This document shows, piece by piece, positions 48,219 to 57,702 of a DNA stretch of 64,000 nucleotides (positions are counted from its first letter, which is position 1; the number at the start of each line of letters is the position of its first letter). The position numbers and the translations under genes are program-made. Source of the DNA: Carpediemonas membranifera BICM (lineage: Eukaryota; Protista; Fornicata); contig JAHDYR010000034.1 in NCBI GenBank assembly GCA_019828565.1, positions 62,001 through 126,000 of the forward strand, in the 5' to 3' direction. The notes below the pieces were generated by a model. It saw nothing but the letters and a program-made list of their open reading frames with translations. It had not been told where the DNA came from and made no database searches.

Positions 48219-49874
48219 TTATAGGTTGAGCTCGGCCCAGCGGGCCTTGCACTGGCTGACATAGTCACTCCAGATGCTGAGGTTGCCCTCCCAGGCCTTC
48301 AGGAAGGCCGTGTCGCGCATGGTTCCCGCCAGGTGCGGCCGTGCAATGGCGTCGCAAAACTGCACCGCCCAGTCCGCGGTCAGGCGGGACTCCGTGGCGC
48401 CGCCGACGGTGGTGGCGGCGACCAGGAAGGTGACGTCCCAGTTGGCGTACTCCCGGGTCTTCTCGGTCTCGGCGTCGCGGGGGTGAAGACCGCAGTAGAA
48501 GTCGACGTAGACGTCGTCGTGGACGACGTTTCCGACCACGTCGCGCTCGCCCCAGACCTTGAGGTCAGCCCGCTTGTGTGTGGGGGCGTCGGCGCTCGTG
48601 ACGCGGAACCTAGGGTGGGTGTCGAGCAGATCGAACTCGGGCTTGCAGTGGGGGATGGGGCGCCCGCGGAGGTCGTCCTGGGTCACGAGATCGTGCACAG
48701 CCATCTTGATGCTGTCGTGGCGTGCGTTGGTCGCGCCATCCTTCAGGTAGGAGCAGCCGAGGGCGTGGCGCCACGTGATGTCCTGCTGGCCACAGAGGGG
48801 GCAGGTGACCGGCATCTCGCGGAATGGGGCGATGTTGAGGTGCGCCCGGGTGACGGGGACGAACACGCTGTCGCAGGAGGTCTGCTCGAGGTCGAGGGGG
48901 CTCAGCGCGGCTTCTTTGCGGAGGAGTCTGGCGGCGGGGGCCTCGAGGGAGCTGCAGTCAGAGAGGCCCTGGGAGACCTCCTCGGGGTCTAGGCCGAAGT
49001 CGGCGGGTGTCTTGGGGCGGTACTTGGCCGTCCAGGCTTTTGCAAGCATCGTAGTGAGTGTCTTCTGCGGCTTTTCAGCCTCGATGCTAAACAGTTCCTG
49101 GATGGTTTTGGGCCACTCCTGGCACTCTTCTGGAGAGAACAGCGCCGCCTCCATGTCCCGGGTGATGCCTAGGGCGTGCAGCTGGTGGGCTGCGCCCAAA
49201 AATGCACACTTCCAGATGAGCGACGGAAGAGGGATACGGAGCCCGTAGTCGGCGAAATCGAGCGCTAGACGCTCTTCGGGTATCTTTGTGACGTCGGATA
49301 CCTGAAGGATGCGTGCGATGGCAGCTCTCAGCTTCCGCTCCAGGCTTTTTGTGCGGCATTCGTGGCCAATCGGGCTCACGTTGCGAAAGATTGCCGAAGG
49401 CATCGGAAGAACGCAAGACCTGATCAGATTGACCGCCACCGAGGCCGCTTTCGGCCCCACTGCCTCGGTCATCTCGGCCACCCGCACGAGCGCGTCCTCC
49501 ATGCGCGAGAAGGCCGCGTCCACAGCGTTGGCAACGCCCGCGTCGTCGCCTACGGGGATACCGAGCACCCGTCCGCTTTTTTGGCCCAGTGTCCCCGTCT
49601 TCGCCAGGACGAGGCACTTCAGTCGGTTCACCCGCATACCGACGGCTCCACACGCCGCCTCCACACGCGCGTAGAATGTATCGATCGTCCGCTGGTCTGC
49701 CTGCCGGGGCAGCAGCCCGTACACGTCGTCCTGGTAGCCGAGGATGGTCGTACTGGGAAGTTGCGACCGGAGGCTGCCGAGGAGGGGCGTCATAGCCAGC
49801 GTGAAGAGGGCTGGGGACAGGGGGTCCCCCTGGTGGATGCCCTCTCGGCTGGCTATGACGTGCCCGGTCGGGGT
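48219..49874 (-). pseudogene. 5'-truncated non-LTR retrotransposon ORF with restriction-like endonuclease (R2-group, CRE/NeSL-like)
   Basis: GIHQGDPLSP, GYQDDV, CPLC...HALGC, RHD, PE...RADL...VDF...EK...Y; cut exactly at the TIR at 49875. Confidence 0.88.
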
Positions 49875-50337
49875 CATACTGTAAGAATGGCTAGAGTCTC
49901 CCGGGAGATACCCTGGAGATACTCCAAAAAGTGCAAGAAAAAATGAGATTCACTAGAATCTGTTTCACATTTCACATATTTCACAAGAATATGTGAAATG
50001 AGAAGCAAAGCTAGTGAATGTCATTTTTACTTGTCCCTCATCGTCTGTATGGCATCTATAAACAAATCGCGTATCTCTTGCAGCAGAAACTCTGTGTCAT
50101 TCACCCTTTTGTTGATTTCTTCTTCCTTTCGCAAGCCCTGAGCAGTTTTTCGGATTATTTTGTAAGAATCTTGTACTTTGGCAACTTCCACGAGCCCTGA
50201 CGTTACCGTTTCTACCTTTTGGTGGCTAGTTGCTCGAATCATGATCGACAAATGTCGCAGTTTTAGGTATTGTCAATGCCAGGAGTCTACGTAAATAGAC
50301 AAATGTAACAACGTAAACAGCTTGGATAGAAATTCTC

Positions 50338-51561
50338 ATGAATTCAGAAGTGTCTGTACCAGAACCTATTGCTGCTACGCCCCCCATCAGACAGTATGGC
50401 AACAGTAAGCTCGCAAATCTCCGTCGTTCATTTGTTACAGCCGTTGTTTCTTCAGTATTTGAGGACGACGAGGCAACTGACCTCGGCTTGAGTGCACGCG
50501 ACATCCATAAGGTACTTCTGGAGGTCCAGCGCAGGGTCGCCGCCGAATGCCCTGGGTTCAAGTCAATTGAACTCCGGGAACAGGTCAGGCGGACGACTGT
50601 TGTCGGCGTTACTACGTTTATAACAGCAGTTAGACCCTCTGCGGAGTACAATGGCTCTGTCATGCAGCACATTGCTGTCCGTAGTCAGCCCTGCCATGCC
50701 GAGTTCCGCCAGATGCTCTCAGAAGTTCTCTCAGATGCTGGACTGAACGATGTTTCCGACTCAATCAGCCTTGAGAACTTGCCTGTGATCAACCGGGTGA
50801 GATATAAGCCTGTCAAGCAAAAGGCAACGGTCAAATCGACCCCGACTACGATGATCAAGGCAGAGATCCCACCGATACGGTCGACTACGCAACTGTCTTC
50901 ACTTGGTGTTGGTGATGAAGCAGACACACCTCAGTCAACGACAGATCGATCGGTGCCGGTTCGGAAGAAGATCGTCTTTGACGACGAGGAAGCCAAGCGA
51001 CCCAGGCTTGGTGACGACGATCTGCAGCAGGTGTCTAACAACGTGTCCGATGCTGTTGTTGACCGTATTAAGGTCCTGATCAACGACGTTGTCTCAGAGA
51101 CCCGTGTGAGAGACCCGCCTACCGAACCCGAGACATGTAAGACGACTTTCCTTAGCCTTCATCAGCGCAAAATGCTATTTGGATGTCTTGTGTGTGGTAC
51201 CCCCGAGTGGTTCTTCAATCCAGACGGCACTACGTTCAGGAGATGCTGTGCTTGCAAAGGTTTCCTGCACGAGCAATGTGTCAGGACGAAGGGCAAGAAG
51301 GACTACTGTCCCGCGTGCTATATTACCGGCTCTAGCAACAAGTGCCAGGCGTGCAAAAAGGGCCTAAGATCCAAGAACACGAAGAAAGCAGAAGAACAGG
51401 CTTCTACTCTTCTTTGCTGCCGAGGCTGTCACTGGTGGTACTGTGAGCATTGCTCTGAGGAAGTGCAGTACACCATTGATGGCAAGTTGTACATCGTTCC
51501 CCTCTGCAGCAAATGTAAGGTTGTCTATAAGCGAGTAGAGGGCATGAGACCGATTGTTTAG
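50338..51561 (+). CDS. PHD-finger protein (C4HC3 PHD plus a second Cys-rich finger)
   Basis: CLVC...CCAC...HEQC...CPAC; CQAC...CRGC...CEHC...CSKC. Confidence 0.8.
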   Translation: MNSEVSVPEPIAATPPIRQYGNSKLANLRRSFVTAVVSSVFEDDEATDLGLSARDIHKVLLEVQRRVAAECPGFKSIELREQVRRTTVVGVTTFITAVRPSAEYNGSVMQHIAVRSQPCHAEFRQMLSEVLSDAGLNDVSDSISLENLPVINRVRYKPVKQKATVKSTPTTMIKAEIPPIRSTTQLSSLGVGDEADTPQSTTDRSVPVRKKIVFDDEEAKRPRLGDDDLQQVSNNVSDAVVDRIKVLINDVVSETRVRDPPTEPETCKTTFLSLHQRKMLFGCLVCGTPEWFFNPDGTTFRRCCACKGFLHEQCVRTKGKKDYCPACYITGSSNKCQACKKGLRSKNTKKAEEQASTLLCCRGCHWWYCEHCSEEVQYTIDGKLYIVPLCSKCKVVYKRVEGMRPIV

Positions 51562-51604
51562 TGTTTAGTGAGAGATGATCATAAATTGTATATATATCTG
51601 TTTA

Positions 51605-52609
51605 CTACACGTCTCTCTCAAGCGCACGGGTCATCATGCTTATGTATCGATCATTCATAAGTCTTCTCTGGTCGGTTCTTAACGGGTCATACTCGTTGAC
51701 ATCAGAAACGATGTCTTGCATTTCAGGAAGAGGAATGGGCCGGGCATAGCTAGTCTCAGACATGATGACCCTGGCCTCGTTGGGAAATGACAAGGAACCA
51801 TTGGCTATAATCCGTCTTCCTGCTGAGCCAGGCGCGAAACGATAGCCAGAGAAGTACTTCGTCAGAAAGAAAAGAGGATTGTCGAGGCATGTCACGCGGT
51901 AGAGCCAATAGGCGTCCTGGAGAACAAGCTCATGCGCCAGAACCTTCTCAGGAGTGAGGATAATGCATGTGTTCTTGTACTTGGCTGTCGAAATAGCACT
52001 GCACAGCTGAGACTCCTCAGATCTGTCGAGTCCGGAGCAGGTGGCAAAGTAAATCAGACGCACACGCGTCGATCTCACCAAGGAAGGGCTCTCGAATGAC
52101 CTGAGGATGAGCTGGACCAGATCATGGTGATACAGAAACTCGTTCGTAGACGTATCAATGATCATACGCGACGTTTCTGTATCAGAATGACCCGATATCA
52201 CCCAGTAAGTGTCGAAGTTAGAGTACTGCGACGCCAACTCCTCAAGTACCTCGGCCAGATGGGACGTAGACTTAAAGGTGCGGGCAACGGCAGTCAGCCA
52301 CTCATCATCAACGAGCTCTAGAGCCGTCTTGAGCTTGAAATGATAGCCAGATGAGTTGGCAAGACTTTCCACGCGGAAGACGGGGTAGGGCTGAGTCGGG
52401 GTCTCGAAACCATGCAGCGGCTCGATGGTGATTAGCACCCGTCGGTTAATCAACTTCTCTGTTGTAAAAGGACACTCGTGAGAGGAAGAAGACTTGAAAC
52501 CGATCCCGCGATGTCCACGCCTGAGCTGAACCTTACCACAGACACATTCAAAGACTTCTTGGTCCTTACTGATGCGTCGCGTGCCGAATTCTCCGTATTT
52601 CTCGTCCAT
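51605..52609 (-). CDS. Putative caspase/CHAT/separase-fold cysteine protease
   Basis: Strand-His YWVISGHS and strand-Cys LIYFATCSG about 48 aa apart; N-terminal CxC...HxC. Confidence 0.55.
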   Translation of the reverse strand: MDEKYGEFGTRRISKDQEVFECVCGKVQLRRGHRGIGFKSSSSHECPFTTEKLINRRVLITIEPLHGFETPTQPYPVFRVESLANSSGYHFKLKTALELVDDEWLTAVARTFKSTSHLAEVLEELASQYSNFDTYWVISGHSDTETSRMIIDTSTNEFLYHHDLVQLILRSFESPSLVRSTRVRLIYFATCSGLDRSEESQLCSAISTAKYKNTCIILTPEKVLAHELVLQDAYWLYRVTCLDNPLFFLTKYFSGYRFAPGSAGRRIIANGSLSFPNEARVIMSETSYARPIPLPEMQDIVSDVNEYDPLRTDQRRLMNDRYISMMTRALERDV

Positions 52610-52803
52610 TTGCAATGTGCCATTTTTTTTTCATGAATGGCACATTTTGATTTGAAGCAAAGGACAAGCTTTTGATCCAAGTAAAGAGGTATACCTTCAT
52701 TGCTACACTATTTATGCATGCTACTGCAGTATTGTTCGGATCTGATCAGCGATGCGCCTGTTCTTCGGATCGGGAGTTGCGAGAAAAAAAAGAGAACGAA
52801 GAT

Positions 52804-53805
52804 ATGGCGAGAAGAAAGATGCCCGCAAGGAAGCAGCAACCGGTAGGTAAGAGAAGGACTCAAAATCCACCCAACAAGACTTTTGAGTCATCTGCTTCTC
52901 CGCAGGATCAACGTCCTGCGGAAACGACTGTAACGGCAGCATCACCTCCTCCTCCGCCTCCCGAGTCGCCCGAGGATGGTAAGGAGCAAGATTCTCCTCC
53001 TCCTCCGCCTCCCGAGTCGCCTTCCCATTCATCCAGCTCGTCTGAAGCCGAGGAGGACTCCGTCGAGGGGTCCGTCATGCACGTCCACCCTAGGTGGACG
53101 CATGTTTACCCGGGTTCAGACCTGCAGGACGTCAAGCGGCTGATTTCGGATGAGATAAGCCTTCAGGCCATTCCTGCTCCGGCCTGGATCTCATCCGAGA
53201 CCCGTTGCGACCCCCGTCTGACCCAGGAGCCCGACCATCCGGCCCTCAATCGGACGCAGAGCGTCGGCCGAGGCATGATTGCCACTGAGGATATCTCAGC
53301 TGGCACATGTCTCGGCATATACTTCGGGAAGCTGATTCCCGATGCTGAGACGGCCAGCAACAACGGCCAGATGGTGTTTGTTTCGCATATTCCATTACCA
53401 TTACACAGCATGTCATTCGCTGACAGTCAGGTCGCCGTCGATGCCATGTCGGCCGCAGCGGGTGTCCACCTGATTAACCACAGCCCTGACGATGTCAACT
53501 GTGAGTTCGTGGACGTCTTGGTGGATGGCCTGCCAGTGATATCGGTCAGGGCCACTGCCAACATCGTTCGCGGCGAGTTCTTGCGCATCGATTATGGCGA
53601 GACCTACTTTGAGGCCGATGAAGAGGAGCACCCGGTTGCTCGCTTCAAGAGTCTCGCCATAGATGACCCTCACTACCTCGCTCGAAAGGTGGAGCAGTTC
53701 AAAATACTGCAGGTCAAGCCGCAGCCCCGCAAGCGGAAGACCAAGTCCAACCCCGCCCGTAAGCGCTTCCACACTGCGCGCATGACTCAAGGCAAGAGTG
53801 AATAA
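52804..53805 (+). CDS. SET-domain lysine methyltransferase
   Basis: GRGMIATEDISAGTCLGIYFG, LINHSPDDVNC, ATANIVRGEFLRIDYGETYF; basic NLS-like termini. Confidence 0.92.
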   Translation: MARRKMPARKQQPVGKRRTQNPPNKTFESSASPQDQRPAETTVTAASPPPPPPESPEDGKEQDSPPPPPPESPSHSSSSSEAEEDSVEGSVMHVHPRWTHVYPGSDLQDVKRLISDEISLQAIPAPAWISSETRCDPRLTQEPDHPALNRTQSVGRGMIATEDISAGTCLGIYFGKLIPDAETASNNGQMVFVSHIPLPLHSMSFADSQVAVDAMSAAAGVHLINHSPDDVNCEFVDVLVDGLPVISVRATANIVRGEFLRIDYGETYFEADEEEHPVARFKSLAIDDPHYLARKVEQFKILQVKPQPRKRKTKSNPARKRFHTARMTQGKSE

Positions 53806-53835
53806 ACTTGAAGAGATATCAATTCAATCAATCAT

Positions 53836-54733
53836 TTATGAGCGGGTGACATCCTCCGGACGAGTAGCACGCTTCTCGGGCTCTGCGGCAGCTGCCTTGC
53901 GCTTGCGGTCCGGAAGACTGTAGACACAGGCATGACGATTCTCGATGACGATGAACTGAGTGAGTTTCATGCTCTCACAAAGACCTAAGATCTTGTCCAG
54001 CGTCGCATCCTGGATGGGCAAGAACTCTGAATCTTCCCAACCTTTGTGGACCCAGAGGCAGGTAAGGTCCTCGTCGATCTGGGTGATGATTACCGGAGTG
54101 TGACTCAGCTCTACACTGGCCTGGATGGCCTCATGGTCTGCCCAGGGGAAAGGGGAGCCAGGCATCTCAGAGAACGGGTCGCCCTCGAACCCCTTGCCCT
54201 CACAGAAGGATCGGATGTCCTCGTACAGCTGAAGCTTCTCACCAACAGTAGGCTGGGACCCAGTCCTGATGAGATGCATGGCGCTGAGAATGCATGAGCC
54301 ATCCCCAGGCACCTCAGACCGCTTCAGAGAGCTTGTATCGTTCTTAAACTTCTTAGCGGTCTTCTCCATGATGGTCTGGACGTCATCTTTGGGGTCTGCG
54401 GCCACCAAAGCCTCCCCGATCCAGGTCTATGACCTCAGCCTCCTTCTTCAAGGGCACAAGCTTCTCCGTCTCGAGCTTTTCAATCTTGGCCCGGGCTCGC
54501 CAAAGCTCCCTCTTCAAATCACGGATCGCACCGTTGTGTTCCACGGCAAGATGGCGGCGCAGGAGGCGCGATGTGCCACTCAGGGTACTTCTGTGGACGG
54601 GAGAGTCCATCAGAAGCGCGTCCAGGTGCCTTATCCGGTCGAACTGCACGTCGACCGGGTCCGACAGCTCAGGCTCGGCGTTGTTCTTGAACGAACGGAC
54701 GACCCCCGACCTTCCTGGCTTCACCTTGCGCAT
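53836..54733 (-). CDS. OTU-like cysteine protease (deubiquitinase-like) with N-terminal coiled coil; frameshift ~54415
   Basis: VPGDGSCILSAM (OTU Cys loop), WADHEAIQA, ENRHA; ORFs 54383 and 53836 join by removing one G from a G4 run. Confidence 0.75.
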
Positions 54734-54774
54734 TATGCGCTCACGGAGCAGCGAAAGGACTGAATAAGCAGGAG

Positions 54775-55273
54775 TTATTTGGAGTACTTACCTCCAACGT
54801 CGTGCTCGTGATCCGAAGACACTTCTCGGCGGACCTTCTGGACAAGGCTGTCGTAGGCATGATCTCCCATGACCTTCTTCAGCTCAGCCGATGTCGTGAT
54901 CAGCTCAAGCTGAGCCTCGGCAGTTTCTCTTAGGTGCAGGATAAGGTGAGGCGACCTGAAGAGCTTGCGAAGCGTTTTCCAGCCAATATCTGTGTAAAAA
55001 GGTATGGGGAAAGTACTTACGATCACGAAGAAGGGCGGTGAGGATCTTGTCATCGGGCAGAAGGAACTTACGAAGAAGTGAGCACTTGATCATCTCCTGC
55101 GCGTTTGATGAGGCCTGACTGATCTCAGCGCTGTCATAGAAGATAAAGAACTGCTTACCAAACGTTTTCGAACGCTTCAAGAGCATGTAGAAGTCGAAAA
55201 CCGATTGCATGATTATAAGGCTCTCAGGACCTAATGAAAAATTCATAAGGCTCTGAGAGCCTAATAAACTCAT
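54775..55273 (-). CDS. Hypothetical transposon cargo protein; intron 54990-55020; start uncertain
   Basis: 31-nt GTAAGT...TTTACACAG intron joins ORFs 54905 and 54775 (LLRD/HIGWK). Confidence 0.6.
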
Positions 55274-55385
55274 GCGGAAAAATGACCAGTATCGGTAGGC
55301 AACGGCGCGGGAGATTCATTAGGCTCTGAGAGCCTTATACACGATTTCGAATTGGTGTATAAGGCTCTGAGAGCCTTATGAACTC
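55215..55385. repeat. Cluster of four palindromes A(T/A)AGGCTCTGAGAGCCT(T/A)A
   Basis: Copies at 55215 (degenerate), 55245, 55318, 55359. Confidence 0.85.
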
Positions 55386-55909
55386 AGAGGAGGTCCTCGG
55401 GGCACTTCGGTGCAGAATTTTGATTGGGCATCTGATTGGACCATGGGGCGGATGCTCAGAGGGATGAATGCGAGCTCAATGGAGACCATTGGACATGTCA
55501 GAGATGGCATGTCCAGGTGAAGGTCCATCATGGAAGGAGCCATTCACGATAAGTCTTCTAAATGTTGTGTTGCGAGCGTCTGAAGGGCTTTCTCTGGATA
55601 CCGACCAAGATGGAGGTCACGTGGATCAACGGACGATAATTGCGGTATTCTGGCCTTGTATGCCACTCTTAAATCCATTGTTTGATCCATTCCCGCGTTT
55701 ATAGTTCATCTCAACGCTTCCTCGACGAGTTACAATTGTTGATGTTGTTTAGGTTCTATTACAGGCCATTCGAGGCCACAGAGCTCTCATGATGTTGTTT
55801 TTAGTGATATACACATGCTTGCCAGCGTTTGAGGATCGATACTCTTCTCCTTTCTTCGTTTGGTTTTCTAATTTCGTTGCGAGCATAAAGTGCACCTTGA
55901 AGAAACGTT

Positions 55910-56596
55910 ATGCCTCCGAAACGGAGTAATACTGCTAAGAGCAAGGGCAGAAAGCGTCTAAACGCTGTGGAAATGATTTCTACTTACTTAGAGAAGGAGC
56001 ACGCTGCTGGAAGCATCTCCGCTGCCGATGTCGCCACCGGAAACCGCATTTGCAATGAGGTGGTTGACAGACGCCCCAATGACCTCCCCACATTCGTTCC
56101 GGAGGATCTTAGGGATGAAGCGGAGTTCCGTTCTCTCGATAGCATTGAGCAGATCATGGCGCAGTACAAGGGCGAGTCTTCTGAGGCCAAGGAGAAGCGC
56201 TTCAGGGCCCTCATCAGCCTGGACGCCGAAGGAGATGAGGTCGACCATGGCAGCCCTCTCTTGGCAACTGTCCGTGAGTACCGCGAGCTGTTCCACGGCA
56301 TCCCTCAGTCGGTCCGCCCCCGCGCTTACGCCTTCGTCGCCCAGAGGCTTGGTATCTCTGTCGACAAGGTCAGAGAGGTCCTTCTGGAGAGTGTGTGCCG
56401 CAAGGACTCTAAGCTCATCTTCGAGCGTCCGCAGCTTGTCCTCAAGAAGCACTCGAAGACCTTCAAGGACCTCGCCGCTGTGATTGAGAAGAGGAACGCT
56501 GCCCGTGCCGCTGCAGAGGCTCGTGATGTTCTGCGTATACCCGTTTACGCGAGCCTCCTGCTCTTCCACGCAGCTAACGTCAACTCAAATGAGTAA
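55910..56596 (+). CDS. Hypothetical basic, helical cargo protein
   Basis: 228-aa ORF, N-terminal MPPKR...KGRKR (NLS-like). Confidence 0.6.
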   Translation: MPPKRSNTAKSKGRKRLNAVEMISTYLEKEHAAGSISAADVATGNRICNEVVDRRPNDLPTFVPEDLRDEAEFRSLDSIEQIMAQYKGESSEAKEKRFRALISLDAEGDEVDHGSPLLATVREYRELFHGIPQSVRPRAYAFVAQRLGISVDKVREVLLESVCRKDSKLIFERPQLVLKKHSKTFKDLAAVIEKRNAARAAAEARDVLRIPVYASLLLFHAANVNSNE

Positions 56597-56616
56597 TAAA
56601 TCGACTGCTTCTTCAT

Positions 56617-57574
56617 TTAATCTTCATTCTCTTCCTCATCTTCCTTCTCAGACAGCAGATGGTACCACTCTTCCTCGAAATAGTTCTCTTTCTGGTAATC
56701 CTTACGCATCTTTGATCTCTTATCCACGATCTTTTGGACCAAATCCCTTCGGTTGCTGTCGTAAAGGGCGATGATTATCTCACGTTGCTTCTTGCGCGTC
56801 GGGTGCGGGGTAACACTCTTCCTCAGACGCTTAATGTAGCGGTTGAGCTTGTCCGAGGGCTTGGTGGGCAGGGTGGGTTGGGTGGCTTGGGTTCTCTTTG
56901 GGGGAGGCTGGACCTGGTCCACAGAAGTGAAAGCCGTACCGTAGTCGACGGACGGGGGAGCCCTCCAGGACTTCATGGCATATCCATGGCAAGCAACGAG
57001 ACTCTCACCGAGCTTCGTCCACTTGTTCGGGCCGTATGTTGCCTCCATGGTCACCAGTTTCGCATCATCCAGGTACTCCATCGTGGACTTTTTGCTTGGA
57101 GATGGACATCCCCATACGCTGGTAGGCTGGCACAAGAGAACTTACACACTGCAGGCGGATCCTCTGTCCGGCAGAGGCAACCGAAAGAAGAATCGTGGCG
57201 AGACCATTGCCCCTGGCATAGAATGCCGTGCGAATAACCACAACATATAAGTCCTGGCGCAGCTCGGAAGGGGTTTCATCAGTAGCTTCGGTGTTGTATG
57301 ACTCCTTCGTGAGCAACAAGGCCGAAATGATGGAATCAGTCTTGCAGTCACGAATCGCAACCAATCTGGGTAAATACCTGGGCAACACTGGGTGAACAAA
57401 CATGAAGAAGCGATGATCGATGTCATCAACTCCTCTCGTGGCAACGTCCTGCTTAAAAAACGTACGGACACTGGGGATGATGTCTGACTTATCAGAAAGT
57501 CTTACGTACTGTATATAAGCCTTATGGGCTGCAAGAGTATCCTCTGTCCAAGATTCTTTCCCCGTTTGGTTCAT
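56617..57574 (-). CDS. GNAT-family acetyltransferase with basic C-terminal extension; frameshift ~57090
   Basis: Motif A LYVVVIRTAFYARGNGLATILL, motif B LQCVSSLVPAYQRMG; ORFs 57065 and 56617 join by removing one A from an A5 run. Confidence 0.7.
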
Positions 57575-57702
57575 TTTCACAAACTTTTGTGAAACCTGCG
57601 AAATGTGAAATGTGCCATTCATGAAAAAAAAAGTGGCACATATGAAAAATGAATGAATTTATCACGGAACCATCTTACATCACTTTATATCACGCGGATG
57701 CC

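Noticed and set aside
47522-48229. ORF-track ORFs crossing insertion junctions (47522-48229, the ATG at 49877, starts at 61152/61208, tails of 34029 and 36353)
   Set aside because: Chimeric read-through into TIR or neighbouring-element sequence
49875-49924. TIR as a RAG recombination signal (heptamer/nonamer)
   Set aside because: CATACTG lacks the invariant CAC, and no nonamer is seen at 12/23 spacing
55215-55385. CRISPR-like array
   Set aside because: Irregular spacing, only four units, no cas genes, eukaryotic context
57119-57145. Candidate 27-nt intron GTAAGT...CCTACCAG in the GNAT gene
   Set aside because: In-frame, would delete GNAT motif B and does not fix the frameshift; left uncalled
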